Shown here: one piece after another, positions 13,049 to 25,844 of the stretch
Numbering within the stretch: position 1 is the stretch's first letter
Layout of the letters: every line of letters starts with the position of its first letter
DNA from: Mobula hypostoma
Lineage: Eukaryota
DNA length: 64,000 bases
Direction of reading: 5' to 3'
NCBI RefSeq assembly: GCF_963921235.1
Contig: NC_086118.1
Span: forward strand, 27,344,001 to 27,408,000
Notes under the pieces: generated by a model
What the model was told of the DNA's origin: nothing
The model's database searches: none
What the model saw: the letters and a program-made list of their open reading frames with translations, nothing else
Translations under genes and position numbers: made by a program

Positions 13049-16000
13049 TGTTACAATGCTAAAGCAATATCTTTAATGTTATTCATTTTGTTAATAGTGT
13101 ATTGTCTGCAACCATTAATTTAGTGCAATATTCTATCAATTTTTTATTAAAATGTTGCCATCTTCATATAAATTAAGATTAAATCTAATAAAAAGATGAC
13201 AGTTTTCAATGAATATTTATATAAATGAAAGAAAATTTCTGCAAGACGCTTGATGATTTTTTTGCAAGCAGACCTGTGAGATGAAATAATTTCATGGTAT
13301 AATATTCAACTTTCTTATTAAAACCTGTTTTACTCATATCCACCTTTCTGCACATGCTCAGAATGTTTAAACCCCTGCAATTTCAATGTAATCTGCTTTA
13401 ATTCTAAGTAAATTAATTATCACAAGAATTTGAAGTACATTATACTATAACTGTACTTACAAATGCTCACCTTTATTGTTAGTTTACATTAATGCACAAA
13501 TATATTGATGGATTATAAATATAAATCTTGGTTTATGTGAGAAATTAGGGATAAGGCAAGTCTCCATTAAAATTAAGCAGGAAATATTGGAAACATTTAA
13601 CAGGTCTGGCAACATATGTAGAATGAAAAACAACTCGTGTTTCGGGTCCAAAGCTCTTCATCTGAAACTTTAACAGTTTGTCTTTCCACAGATATTGCCT
13701 GATCTGCTGAGTGATTTTGTTTCAGATTTCCAGAATCTTTAGCTTTTTTTTCATTAGTATAAGATGCAAGATAGAGAGGATCAGTATTCAAATCTGAACC
13801 TAGTGAAGTGTTTTTATGAGAAGTAAATTGCACGTTCATTAACTTTCCTGGCCATCTTTAAAAGGCATGCATTCTGAATGCTGTTGCTTTATTTTAGATG
13901 GGAAAACCTAAGTATTTATAGATTCTCTATAGGTACTTACTGTATACAATATCTACCATTAAATCTAAGAGTATAGCTTCTCACTAGTGTGTCCCATTTC
14001 ACTTTAACATTTAAACTAGAACAAAATGTTAGAACAAATTATATACTTCCTAATAATCAAAAATGGTAGAAGGAATTTGCAAAACAATTTTAATTAACAA
14101 CACATAATTTGGTTGCATTAAAATAAAATCTGCAGCATTACGTGCACTTTGGCCAACATAGTTCATTACCAATGAGAAAATAGGAATAGTTAATGATGTT
14201 AAATATTGATAGTAAATAATTTTTTAGGAAGTTAAAATGGAAGGTGAGATGCTTCAAGTCACAGATAGTACTGCAGACAGAACGGGTGCATTCCGAGTAA
14301 CATTGTTGGCTGTAAAATAATGAACAATATGCCATCAGTTTGGGAAAAAAAGATCTATCCAACCAAGTCAGTAGGAGAGAACCTTGCAAAGTTCAGTATC
14401 ACTAACAAATATTACATCAGATTATTCTATAGTTCCTCTAGGAAATCCCCTAATTAAGATATGCAAGATATTTTTGGTGAATAGTATCTAGTCTGTCTTT
14501 TACCTTGGTATCATAAGCGTATGCCTGAGAAATATGGAGGATGCTTGATGTGTGAATCCAGTAAATGTCACTTATCAGCTGTGTATTGTATTCCAACAAT
14601 GGTACAAGAGTAAAGTTCAAGCATTTAATTCAAATGATTAGGTACTATCTCTTCCCTTCAGTATAGTATTGTATCCTGTACCAGGCATATTTAGTAAACT
14701 GGAGCGCTTCTTCACTTAAATCTGAAAATAGAAATTTATTCCTTTGGAGTTGGTTGATATTTTACAGTTCACTGAATAATTCTGATTTATTAGACAGCTA
14801 TTTTATGTCACTTAGTGCATGGGGCCTTCAGGTTAACATTTGTACAAACTGGAGGAAAGGTTGAGAAGTATCATGAGATTATCAATTACGAAGTTCTATT
14901 AAATACCTCATATTTCAGATGTACAAGGAGTTCATAACGGGTACACAGCAGATTGCATACATATGGGAATTTCATGGAAAATTAAATTTTGCATCGGCTG
15001 AAGCCACTTACCTGGCCAGCAGTTGACATGTGTTTCTTTTATGACAAAGCTGTTTTCATTTATCTGCACGGTACCCAGTAAGGATTGTAATAGAATGCCA
15101 AATAAAAAATAAGTTCAACAATTCCACTCAATTAAGCTGATTGTCTCCCTCATCAAGGAGAGTGAAAAGATAAAAGATTGGAACATTTACTGTCCCTAAT
15201 CATTCCCAGAGGAATCACATCTATTTGTCAAATGCAGAGGGCATTGGTTGACAATATGACGATTTTGCAGCATTCGTGTTATATGCCTTTTGATCTTGGA
15301 AAAACAAAAACAATCAGGTTGTTCCAATTCAAAGAAAATCTATTAACATAATAATTCTTTATATTAGAGAAAATGCCTCAGTCTATTTCACAGAAACGTA
15401 TAAAACAGGATTAGAAGAAACTAGCATTTATAAAACAGCTTCAGAAATTATCAGTAATTGATAACATGAGCCCTTCAGCACATCATCTCTGTGTCAGTGG
15501 AAGAATCGTAACCCAGTCTCAGCATTCTAGCACTGGAAGCGTTGGCCTCTAAATAACCGCTGTCCAATTATACATTCAAATATTTTAACAGTATTAAGAA
15601 TTATTGTCTTGATCACATTTCAGACAGTAAGTTCCAGACCCCTACCATGCTCTGAGTGGAAAGAATTTCCTTATCCTCGCTTACATTTTCTACCAATAGT
15701 TTAAATTGTATGGTGTAAATTTATGCCTCTGGTCTTGGCATTCTATTACAATCCTTACTGAGTACCGTGCAGATAAACGGAAATATTTATCTAATGTAAA
15801 TATTCTTTCCTGGTTAACGGTTGAGGTCATTAATGATTTTATACACTTCACTTTCTACCCCAATCTTTTCTGCTCTAAAGCAAGCAACCCCAGCCTATCA
15901 AATCTTTCTTATTGTTAGAATTTCCCAGTGCTGCTAACATCCTCAAAAACTTCTGTAATGAGGATTTCCTCCAAAGTGACTGAAATGGTTTACATTTGAA

Positions 16001-16150
16001 AGTCATGGTCTAACCAGCGTTGCTCACACTTTTCACCTCTCTCGGCTTTTTAACGCTTTGGCTCTTAATCGAAAGCATCACGTAAACCTTTTTCAGCACT
16101 GTTGATCTTCCCTGTGGCTCCCTCTCCATTACAATTTACAAGACCCTCAA

Positions 16151-16285
16151 CAGCTTCTGTTACATAGAACATATGTAATTACATTACATATTACATTAAT
16201 TACATGTAATTACAATACATTAATTACATGTAATTACATTACATAGAACATATGTAATTACAGCTTCTATTACACAGAACATATT
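16151..16285. repeat. AT-rich microduplication/palindrome cluster
   Basis: Repeated ATTAC and TAATTACATGTAATTA units between 24-bp imperfect direct repeats. Confidence 0.7.
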
Positions 16286-18561
16286 CTCATAGAACAAGAA
16301 CAGGTTTGCTCCTTCCTCCCACCAACCTGCACATTCAAAGCCACATACAGGAACGATGTTCTTTTAACTGGAGCACTTGCTCTTGCCTTACAAAATACAA
16401 AAATGAACAAAAGTAAGTTTCTTTATTAGCCAGGTATCTCGGTTAACTACTAGACCGATACTAAAGGATAAGCTTTGTATAAAGCAGTGAGACTAGTTGA
16501 GCCAGTAGTTGAGTGGATATGCAGATGTGGCAGATGTAGGAATGCCACGTCAGACATAAAGAGTAACTTTCAGCAATGTACAATAATGTAAAACTGGTAA
16601 GAGAAAGTCAGCAGCTTGTTTAATATTTTTACCAATGCTTTTTTTCCTGTCAAAACAAAAAAGATTGTAAAATATGCTGTCCGTTCATTCATCACTCATT
16701 GCATGTTATTGCAGTAAGTCAAAATGAAATCCCTCAGTGATTATTGTTCTGAACAACTGGAGAAAACTTGCCTGTATCACATTCTTCTGCATCTAAGTTG
16801 TTCATTTGCCATGACACTGCTTCAGAAAATAGGCCATGAAGTTAAAATAAGACTATTTTCCAGCTTAAAGAAATTAAATATGATGGACCCTCAATAGCAC
16901 AATCACAAAATTTAAACACAGATCCAAACTAAATAACTCCAGGTGAGTGTTACTGGAATGAGGATGACAACTGCATGTTTAAATCTATCCAACCTACAAT
17001 GAGCCGAGATTGTCTATGATAAATGGGGCAGAACATCTGTTACATTTTTATCTGGTACAATGACTTTAATAAAGCACTTACCTAAAATGTATCAGCAGTC
17101 ATGATCATGGAATGTCATTTCAGCTTCCAAAGCAAATGGCAGAATCTCTTTTGCAGGCATTATAGTGCATTAGAAGAATTTGTACAGTACTTATGCATTA
17201 ACTTTTATAATAAGCAAACATAATATAGTTTGAAAATATTACTAAAAGCTATTTTGAGATGATAGATGCACTGCTTGTAGTTACTAATTAAATTTCGTTA
17301 CCATATGTGCTATCCACTTTGGTAGGGTGTCTCAGAAAGTAGTCACCTCAACAGTGACTTGAGTGAATCATCTTGGCAGGTTTCCTTCTTTGAAAGACAT
17401 TAGCGGTTCAGAAGGGACTTTACAACAATCCTTTACTGATATCAGATTTTCATTCCAGACATTTTATTTAATTATTTTAAATTAAATTCCACAGCAGTGA
17501 TGTGAGATTCAAATCCATATCTCCAGATAATATCCTGTCACTTAATCACATTGGTACTGGGCTTCATTCTTTTAAGTTTATTCCTGAAGAAATACAAAAA
17601 TCCTGATATATGACTTTACATTGTGCAGCTGTCTTAACAAATGTAGATGAATTTTGCAAAGCAAGTAGTGCATTCTTCCTGCCTAAGAAAGAATCGGGTT
17701 GGAAAAAAACGTACAATTAGAGGAAAATATCACAACATATTCAGGAGAGAGTGGAAAATTAGGTCTTAGTTTCCTGGGGAATATGTGACTACACACCTCC
17801 CTCACACCCTCCTCCAGACCAACCCTGTTGCAAAAAAATATAGACAATAGACAATAGACAATAAGTGCAGGAGTAGGCCATTCGGCCCTTCGAGCCAGCA
17901 CCACCATTCACTGTGATCATGGCTGATCATCCACAATCAGTACCCTGTTCCTGCCTTCTCCCCATATCCCTTGACTCCGCTATCTTTAAGAGCTCTATCT
18001 AACTCTTTCTTGAAAGAATCCAGAGAATTGGCCTCCACTGCCTTCTGAGGCAGAGCATTCCACAGATCCACAACCCTCTGTGTGAAAAAGTTTTTCCTCA
18101 ACTCCGTTCTAAATTGTCTACCCCTTATTCTTAAACTGTGGCCTCTGGTTCTGGACTCCCTCAACATCGGAAACATGTTTCCTGCCTCTAGCGTGTCCAA
18201 TCCCTTAATAATCTTATATGTTTCAATCAGATCCCCTCTCATCCTTCTAAATTCCAGTATATACAAACCCAGTCGCTCCAATCTTTCAACATTTGACATT
18301 CCCGCCATCCCTGGAAATAACCCAGTGAACTCACGCTGCACTACCTCCATAGCAAGAATGTCCTTCCTCAAATCTGGAGACCAAAACTGCACACAATACT
18401 CCAGGTGGGTCTCACCAGGGCCTTGTACAAATACAGAAGGACCTCTTTACTCCTATACTCAACTCCCCTTGTTATGAAGGCCAACATGCCATTAGCTTTC
18501 TTAGAACATAGAATAGTACAGCACAGTACAGGCCCTTCGGCCCACAATGTTGTGCCGACCC

Positions 18562-21477
18562 TCAAACTCTGCCTCCCATATAAGCCCCCACCCTAAATTC
18601 CTCCATATACCTGTCTAGTAGTCTCTTAAACTTCACTAGTGTATCTGCCTCCACCACTGACTCAGGCAGTGCATTCCACGCACCAACCACTCTCTGAGTA
18701 AAAAACCTTCCTCTAATATCCCCCTTGAACTTCCCACCCCTTACCTTAAAGCCATGTCGTCTTGTATTGAGCAGTGGTGCCCTGGGGAAGAGGTGCTGGC
18801 TATCCATTCTATCGATTCCTCTTATTATCTTGTACACCTCTATTATGTCTCCTCTCATCCTCCTTCTCTCCAAAGAGTAAAGCCCTAGCTCCCTTAATCT
18901 CTGATCATAATGTATACTTTCCAAACCAGGCAGCATCCTGGTAAATCTCCTCCGTACCCTTTCCAATGCTTCCACATCCTTCCCATAGTGAGGAGACCAG
19001 AACTGGATACAGTACTCCAAGTGTGGCCTAACCAGAGTTTTATAGAGCTGCATCATTACATTGCGACTCTTAAACTCTATCCATCGACTTATGAAAGCTA
19101 ACAACCCATAAGCTTTCTTAACTACCCTATCCACCTGTGAGGCAACTTTCAGGGATCTGTGGACATGTACCCCGAGATCCCTCTGCTCCTCCACACTACC
19201 AAGTATCCTGCCATTTACTTTGTACTCTGCCTTGGAGTTTGTCCTTCCAAAGTGTACCACCTCACACTTCTCTGGGTTGAACTCCATCTGCCACTTCTCA
19301 GCCCACTTCTGCATCCTATCAATGTCTCTCTGCAATCTTTGACAATCCTCTACACTATCTACAACACCACCAACCTTGTGTCGTCTGCAAACTTGCCAAC
19401 CCACCCTTCTACCCCCACATCCAGGTCGTTAATAAAAATCACAAAAAGTAGAGGTCCCAGAACAGATCCTTGTGGGACACCACTAGTCACAATCCTCCAA
19501 TCTGAATGTACTCCCTCTACCACCACCCTCTGCCTTCTGCAGGCAAGCCAATTCTGAATCCACCTGGCCAAACTTCCCTGGATCCCATGCCTTCTAACTT
19601 TCTGAATAAGCCTACCGTGTGGAACCTTGTCAAATGCCTTACTAAAATCCATATAGATCACATCCACTGCACTACCCTCATCTATATGCCTGGTCACCTC
19701 CTCAAAGAACTCTGTCAGGCTTGTTAGACACGGTCTGCCCTTCACAAGGCCATGCTGACTGTCCCTGATCAGACCATGATTCTCTAAATGCCTATAGATC
19801 CTATCTCGAAGAATCTTTTCCAACAGCTTTCCCACCACAGGCGTTAGGCTCACTGATCTATAATTACCCGGACTATCCCTACTACCTTTTTTGAACAAGG
19901 GGACAACATTGGCCTCCCTCCAATCCTCCGGTACCATTCCCGTGGACAACGAGGACGTAAAGATCCTAGCCAGAGGCTCGGCAATCTCTTCTCTCGCCTC
20001 GTGGAGCAGCCTGGGGAATATTCCGTCAGGCCGCGGGGACTTATCTGTCCTAATGTATTTTAACAACTCCAACACCTCCTCTCCCTTAATATCAACATGC
20101 TCCAGAACATCAACCATCATCAAGTTCCCTCTCATTGGTGAATACCGAAGAGAAGTATTCATTGAGGACCTCGCTCATTTCCACAGCCTCCAGGCACATC
20201 TTCCCACCTTTATCTCTAATCGGTCCTACCTTCACTCCTGTCATCCTTTTTTTCTTCACATAATTGAAGAATGCCTTGGGGTTTTCCTTTACCCTACTCG
20301 CCAAGGCCTTCTCATGCCCCCTTCTTGCTCTTCTCAGACCCTTCTTAAGCTCCTTTCTTGCTTCCCTATATTCCTCAATAGACCCATCTGATCCTTGCTT
20401 CCTAAACCTCATGTATGCTGCCTTCTTCCACCTGACTAGATTTTTCACCTCACTTGTCACCCATGGTTCCTTCACCCTACCATTCTTTATCTTCCACACC
20501 GGGACAAATTTATCCCTAACATCCGGCAAGAGATCTCTAAACATCGACCACATGTCCATAGTATATTTCCCTGCAAAAACATCATCCCATTTCACACCCG
20601 CACGTTCTAGCCTTATAGCCTCATAATTTGCTTTTTCCCAATTAAAAATTTTCCTGTCCTCTCTGATTCTATCCTTTTCCATGATAATGCTAAAGGCCAG
20701 GGAGTGGTGGTCACTGTCCCCCAGATGCTCACCCACTGAGAGATCTGTGACCTGACCCGGTTCATTACCAAGTACTAGATCTAGTATGGCATTCCCCCTG
20801 GTCAGCCTGTCCACATACTGTGACAGGAGTCCATCCTGGACACACTTAACAAACTCTGCCCCATCTAAACCCTTGGCACTAATCAGATGCCAATCAATAT
20901 TCGGGAAGTTAAAGTCGCCCATGATAACAACCCTGTTATTTTTGCAGCTTTCCAAAATCTGCCTCCCAATCTGCTCCTCTGTATCTCTGCTGCTACCAGG
21001 GGGCCTATAGAATACCCCCAATAGAGTAACTGCTCCCTTCCTGTTCCTGACTTCCACCCATATTGACTCAGAAGAGGATCCTGCTATATTACCCACCCTT
21101 TCTGTAGCTGTAATAGTATCCCTGACCAGTAATGCCACCCCTCCTCCCCTTTTTCCAACCTCTCTATCCCTTTTAAAGCACTGAAATCCAGGAATATTGA
21201 GAATCCATTCCTGCCCTGGTGCCAGCCAAGTCTCTGTAATGGCCACTACATTATAATTTCATGTATGTATCCAAGCTCTCAGTTCATCACCTTTGTTCCT
21301 GATGCTTCTTGCATTGAGGTACACACATTTCAGCCCTTCTACCTTACTGTCTTTACACTGTTTATTCTGCTTCCCTTTCCTCAAAGCCTCTCTGTATGTT
21401 AGATCTGGCTTTACTCCATTCACTTCTTTTACTGCTCTATTGCTCTGTGTCCCATCCCCCTCGCAAATTAGTTTAAA
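18562..21477 (-). pseudogene. CR1-B ORF2: APE endonuclease plus reverse transcriptase (disrupted)
   Basis: YLNARS, ITETWL, GDFNFP and SDH endonuclease motifs; [15 protein letters not shown] and FADD RT motifs; a stop near 21250 and frameshifts near 20130 and 19380. Confidence 0.92.
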
Positions 21478-22407
21478 TCCTCCCGAACCATGCTGGCAAA
21501 CCTACCTGCAAGGATATTGCTCCCCCTCGATTTCAGGTGCAACCCATCCAATCTGTACAGGTCCCAACTTCTCCAGAAGAGATCCCAATGATCTAAAAAT
21601 CTAAAACCCTGCTCCCTGCACCAACTCCTCAGCCACTCATTCAACTGCTATCTCCTCCAATTCTTACCATCACTGTCATGTAGCACTGGCAGCAATCCTG
21701 AGAATGCCACCCATGAGGTCCTGTTCTTCAGCCTTCTGCCTAGTTTCCAAAACTCACACTTCAGGACCTCATCCCTCTTCCTACCTACGTCGTTGGTACC
21801 AACATGTATCACGACTTCAGGTTGCTTTCCTTCTCGTAACAGGATGTCGTGCACCCGGTCAGAGACATCCCGGACCCTGGCACCCCGGTGGCAACAAACC
21901 ATGCGGGTGTCCTTCTCATGTCCACAAAATCTCCTGTCTGCTCCCCTGACTATAGAGTCTCCAATGACGACAGCTCTTCTCTTCTCCGTCCCACCCTTCT
22001 GCACCACAGGGTCAGACTCAGTTCCGGAGGCCCTGCCACTGTGGCTCACACCTGGTCGGTCGTCCCGCCAACAGTATCCAGAACGGTAAACTTATTATTC
22101 GGGGAATGGCTACAGGGGTGCTCTGCACTACCTGCCTGCTCACCTTCGCTTTCCCCCCTCTGACTGTCACCCACCGACCTGCTTCCGACTGCCTAGGTGT
22201 GACTACCTCCCTGTAGCTCTCATCTATGACTGCCTCATTCTCCCTTATGAGTCGAAGGTCATCCAGCTACTGCTCCAGATTCCTGACATGGTCTTCCAGA
22301 TCGCCCAGCCGTATGCACTTCTGACAGATGTGACTCTGCAGGAGAGGGGCGTTCCCCCAAGACTGCCACATCTCATATGAGAGACACATCACCGTCTCAG
22401 GAGACAT
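21468..22407 (-). pseudogene. CR1-B ORF1: zinc finger/coiled coil plus SGNH esterase (disrupted)
   Basis: MSPETVMC...ICQKC; GDSIVRG, HVGTND and LHL blocks; ends ...REDLN*. Confidence 0.88.
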
Positions 22408-24723
22408 TGTAAAAACTAACTGCGAGCTAGCTTGTCCTCCGCCTCTTCTCATCGAAGCCTCTCGAGTCAAAGCCTCAAAGCTCTACTCCTTCACTGGCCC
22501 ACTCACTCATTGGCCGCTTTTCTTCACTGCCTGCTGTACCTGTATGCCTACTTTCAGTGACTGATGAACAAGAACACCCAGATCTCGTTGTACTTCTCCT
22601 TTTCCTAACTTGACTTCATTCAGATAGCAATCTGCCTTCCTGTTCTTGCCACCAAAGTGGATAACCTCACATTTATCCACAATAAACTGCATCTGCCATG
22701 CATCTGCCCACTCAACCAACCTGTCCAAGTTACCCTGCATTCTCATAACATCCTCCTCACATTTCACACGGCCACCCAGCTTTGTGTCTTCTGCAAATTT
22801 GCTAATGTTACTTTTAATCCCTTCATCTAAATCATTAATGTATATTGTAAATAGCTGTGGTCCCAGCACCGAGCCTTGCATAATTACATCCTCAAAAAAT
22901 GCCAGAAGATTAGTCAAGCATGATTTCCCCTTCGTAAATCCATGCTGACTTGGACCTATCCTGCTACTGCTATCCAAATATGCTGCTATTTCATCTTTTA
23001 TAATTGACTCCAGCATCTTCCCCACCACTGATGTCAGACTAACTGGTCTATAGTTGCCATTTAAAAAGTGGGATAATATTAGCTACCCTCCAATTCACAG
23101 GAACTGATCCTGAATCTATAGAACATTGGAAAATGATTACAAATGCATCCATGATTTTTCGAGCCACCTCCTTTAGTACTCTGGGATGCAGACCATCAGG
23201 CCCTAGGGATTTATCAACCTTCAGTCCCATCAGTTTACCCAACACCATTTTCTGCCTAATGCAAATTTCCTTCAGTTCCTCTGTTACCCTAGGTCCTCTG
23301 GCCACTATTACATCTGGGAGATGGTTTGTGCCTTTCCAAGTGAAGACAGATCCAAAGTACCTGTTCAGCTCGTCTGCCATTTCCTTGTTCTACCCATAAT
23401 AACTTCACCCGTTTCTGTCTTCAAGGGCCCAACTTTGGTCTTAACTAATTTTTTCCTCTTCACATAATTAAAGAAACTTTTACTACCCACCTTTATATCC
23501 TTGGCTAGCTTACCTTCGTACCTAATTTTTTTCCCTTCGTATTGCCTTTTTAGTTATCTTCTGTTGCTCCTTAAAAGTCTCCCAATCCTCTGGCTTCCTG
23601 CTCATCCTTGCTATATTATACTTCCTCTCTTTTATTTTCATACAGTCCTTGACTTCTTTTGTCATCCACGGTCACCCCTTACTCCCCTTAGAATCTTTCT
23701 TCCTCTTTGGAATGAACTGATCCTGCACCTTCTGTATTATTCCCAGAAATACCTGCCATTGTTGTTCCACTGCCATCCCTGCTAGGTTATCTTTCCAGTC
23801 AACTTTGGCCAGCTCCTCCCTCATGGGTCCATAGTCTCCTTTGTTCAACTGTAATACTGACACTTCCGATTTTCCCTTCTCCCTCTCAAATTGTAGATTA
23901 AAACTTATCAGATTATGGTCACTACTTCCTAATGGCTCCTTTACCTTGAGTTCCCTTAACAAATCTGGCTCATTACACAACACTAAATCCAGAATTGCCT
24001 TCTCCCTGGTAGGCTCCAATACGAGCTGCTCTAAGAATCCATCTCTGAGGCATTCCACAAACTCCCTTTCTTGGGGTCTGGTACCAACCTAATTTTCCCA
24101 GTTTACCTGCATGTTGAAATCCCCCATAACAACCGTAGTATTACCTTTGCGACATGCCAATTTTAACTCTTGATTTAACTTGCACCCTATATCCAGGCTA
24201 CTGTTTGGGGGCCTGTAGATAACTCCTATTAGGGTCTTTTTGCACTTACAGTTTCTCAGCTCTATCTATACTGACTCTACATCTCCTGATTCTATGTCCC
24301 CCCTCGCAATTGACTGAATTTCATTCCTCACCAACAAAGCCACCCCACCCCCTCTGCCAACCTGTCTGTCCTTTCGATAGGATGTATATCCCTGAATATT
24401 TATTTCCCAGCTCTGGTCCTCTTGCAGCCATGTCTCTGTTATTCCCACAACATCATACTTGCCAATTTCCAGCTGAGCCTCAAGCTCATCCACTTTATTT
24501 CTTATACTCCGTGCATTCATATATAATACTTTTAATCCATTTAAAGTAATACTTTTACTCCCCTCACCTTTCACATCAATTCCTATTGCACTTGGCCATA
24601 CTCTCCGATCCCTTCCTGAGCTTTCTGGCCCGTTAATTCTGTTGTCTTTCTTAACTTTTCTTATTCTGTCTTTCCCTTTAACTCCATCCTTATATTTCCA
24701 GTTCGTCCCCTCCTCCCCACTAC

Positions 24724-25651
24724 TTAGTTTAAACACACCCGAGTAGCAGTGGCAAACATGCCTGCCAGAATGCTGGTCCCCCGTCTGTTAAGATGCAGCC
24801 CATCCCTTCTGTACAATTCATCCTTACCCCAAAACAGATCCCAGTGGTCCAAGAATCTAAATCCCTGCCTCCCACACCAGCTCCTCAGCTACACTTTCAG
24901 ATCCCCTATCTCCCTGTTCCTGCTCTCACCAGCACAAGGAACGGGAAGCAAACCGGAGATAACCACCCCGGAGGTCCTGCTTTTCAGCCTTCTTCCCAGT
25001 CCTCTGAAGTCACGCTGCAGAATTTCTTTCCTCATCCTCCTAACGTCATTTGTGCCGACATGCACCACCACTTCCGTCTGTTCACCTTCACCCTTGCGGA
25101 TGCCCTGCAATCGGTCTGTGAAGTCCTGGATCAACGCACCAGGGAGGCAACACACCATCCTTAATTCCCGCCTGTTGCTGCAGAAACCCCTTTCTGTACC
25201 TCTCACTATGAAGTCCCCTACTACCACGGCTCTGCCTGACTTCTGTCTCCTCGGCTTTGCTTCAGCGCCAATTTTTGACTCACAGACCTGTCCGCCTCTC
25301 AGACTGGCAATATCTTCTGTCCTGACAGCTTCCAAGTGGGTGAACCTGTTTTTAAGAGGTACATCCCCCGGGGTATCCTGTGCTGCAAGCATCTATCCCT
25401 TCCTCATCGTCGCCCTCCCTTCTCTCTTCCGGTATCTTCTGTGTAACGATCTTGCTGTAGGTCCTGTCCAGAAAACTCCGGGTTTCCCGGGTGAACCTGA
25501 GGTCATCCAGTTGCTTCTCCAGTGCCTCAACACGGTCCTTCAGGAGCTGAACCTGGACACACCTTCCACATTTGTAGCAGCCAGAGGCACCATCAACGTC
25601 CCTGACCTCCCACATCATGCAAGCAGCACACTGAATCAGTTGACCTGTCAT
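24724..25651 (-). pseudogene. CR1-A ORF1: zinc finger/coiled coil plus SGNH esterase (disrupted)
   Basis: CAACMMW...CGRC, then GDFIVRG, HVGTND and DGLHLN; ends ...RVCLN*. Confidence 0.88.
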
Positions 25652-25844
25652 TTCTTCACCATTTCTCACCCTCTCCAACTGTGGTGTAGTCTCCTCCCTC
25701 AGCCTCCTCACCGAAGACTCTCGAGACAAAGACTCGCACTTTTCTCACAAGGCACTTCCCTCGACCAGGCCGCTCCCCTAGAACAAACCTTGATTATAGG
25801 TACCAGGGGGTGTAATTAGTCTCCTAACATTATATAATATATAG

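Larger units (their letters stand above)
18503..22518 (-). mobile_element. Full-length CR1 LINE (family B) nested in CR1 family A
   Basis: TCTATGTTCT tail at 18503; short 5' UTR to about 22518; 6-bp TSD TTTCTT (18497-18502 and 22519-22524); the host frame KK|ANGMLAF is restored when it is removed. Confidence 0.93.
17845..25779 (-). mobile_element. Near-full-length CR1 LINE (family A), split by a nested CR1 and carrying an internal RT deletion
   Basis: (CAATAGA)n tail on the plus strand at about 17845-17863; ORF2 pieces at 17937-18502 and 22525-24733; ORF1 at 24724-25651; the RT reads FFEDVIM|QGSVLGP at about 22880, so the DFxKAFD block is deleted. Confidence 0.93.

Noticed and set aside
17075..17170. 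Minus-strand donor-like AG/GTAAGT with a short upstream ATG frame
   Set aside because: The ATG frame stops before the donor, and there is no homology evidence.
24749..25819. 356-aa plus-strand ORF
   Set aside because: It is the antisense shadow of CR1-A ORF1 and has no recognisable domain. I have no evidence of function, and the equivalent CR1-B region is fragmented.
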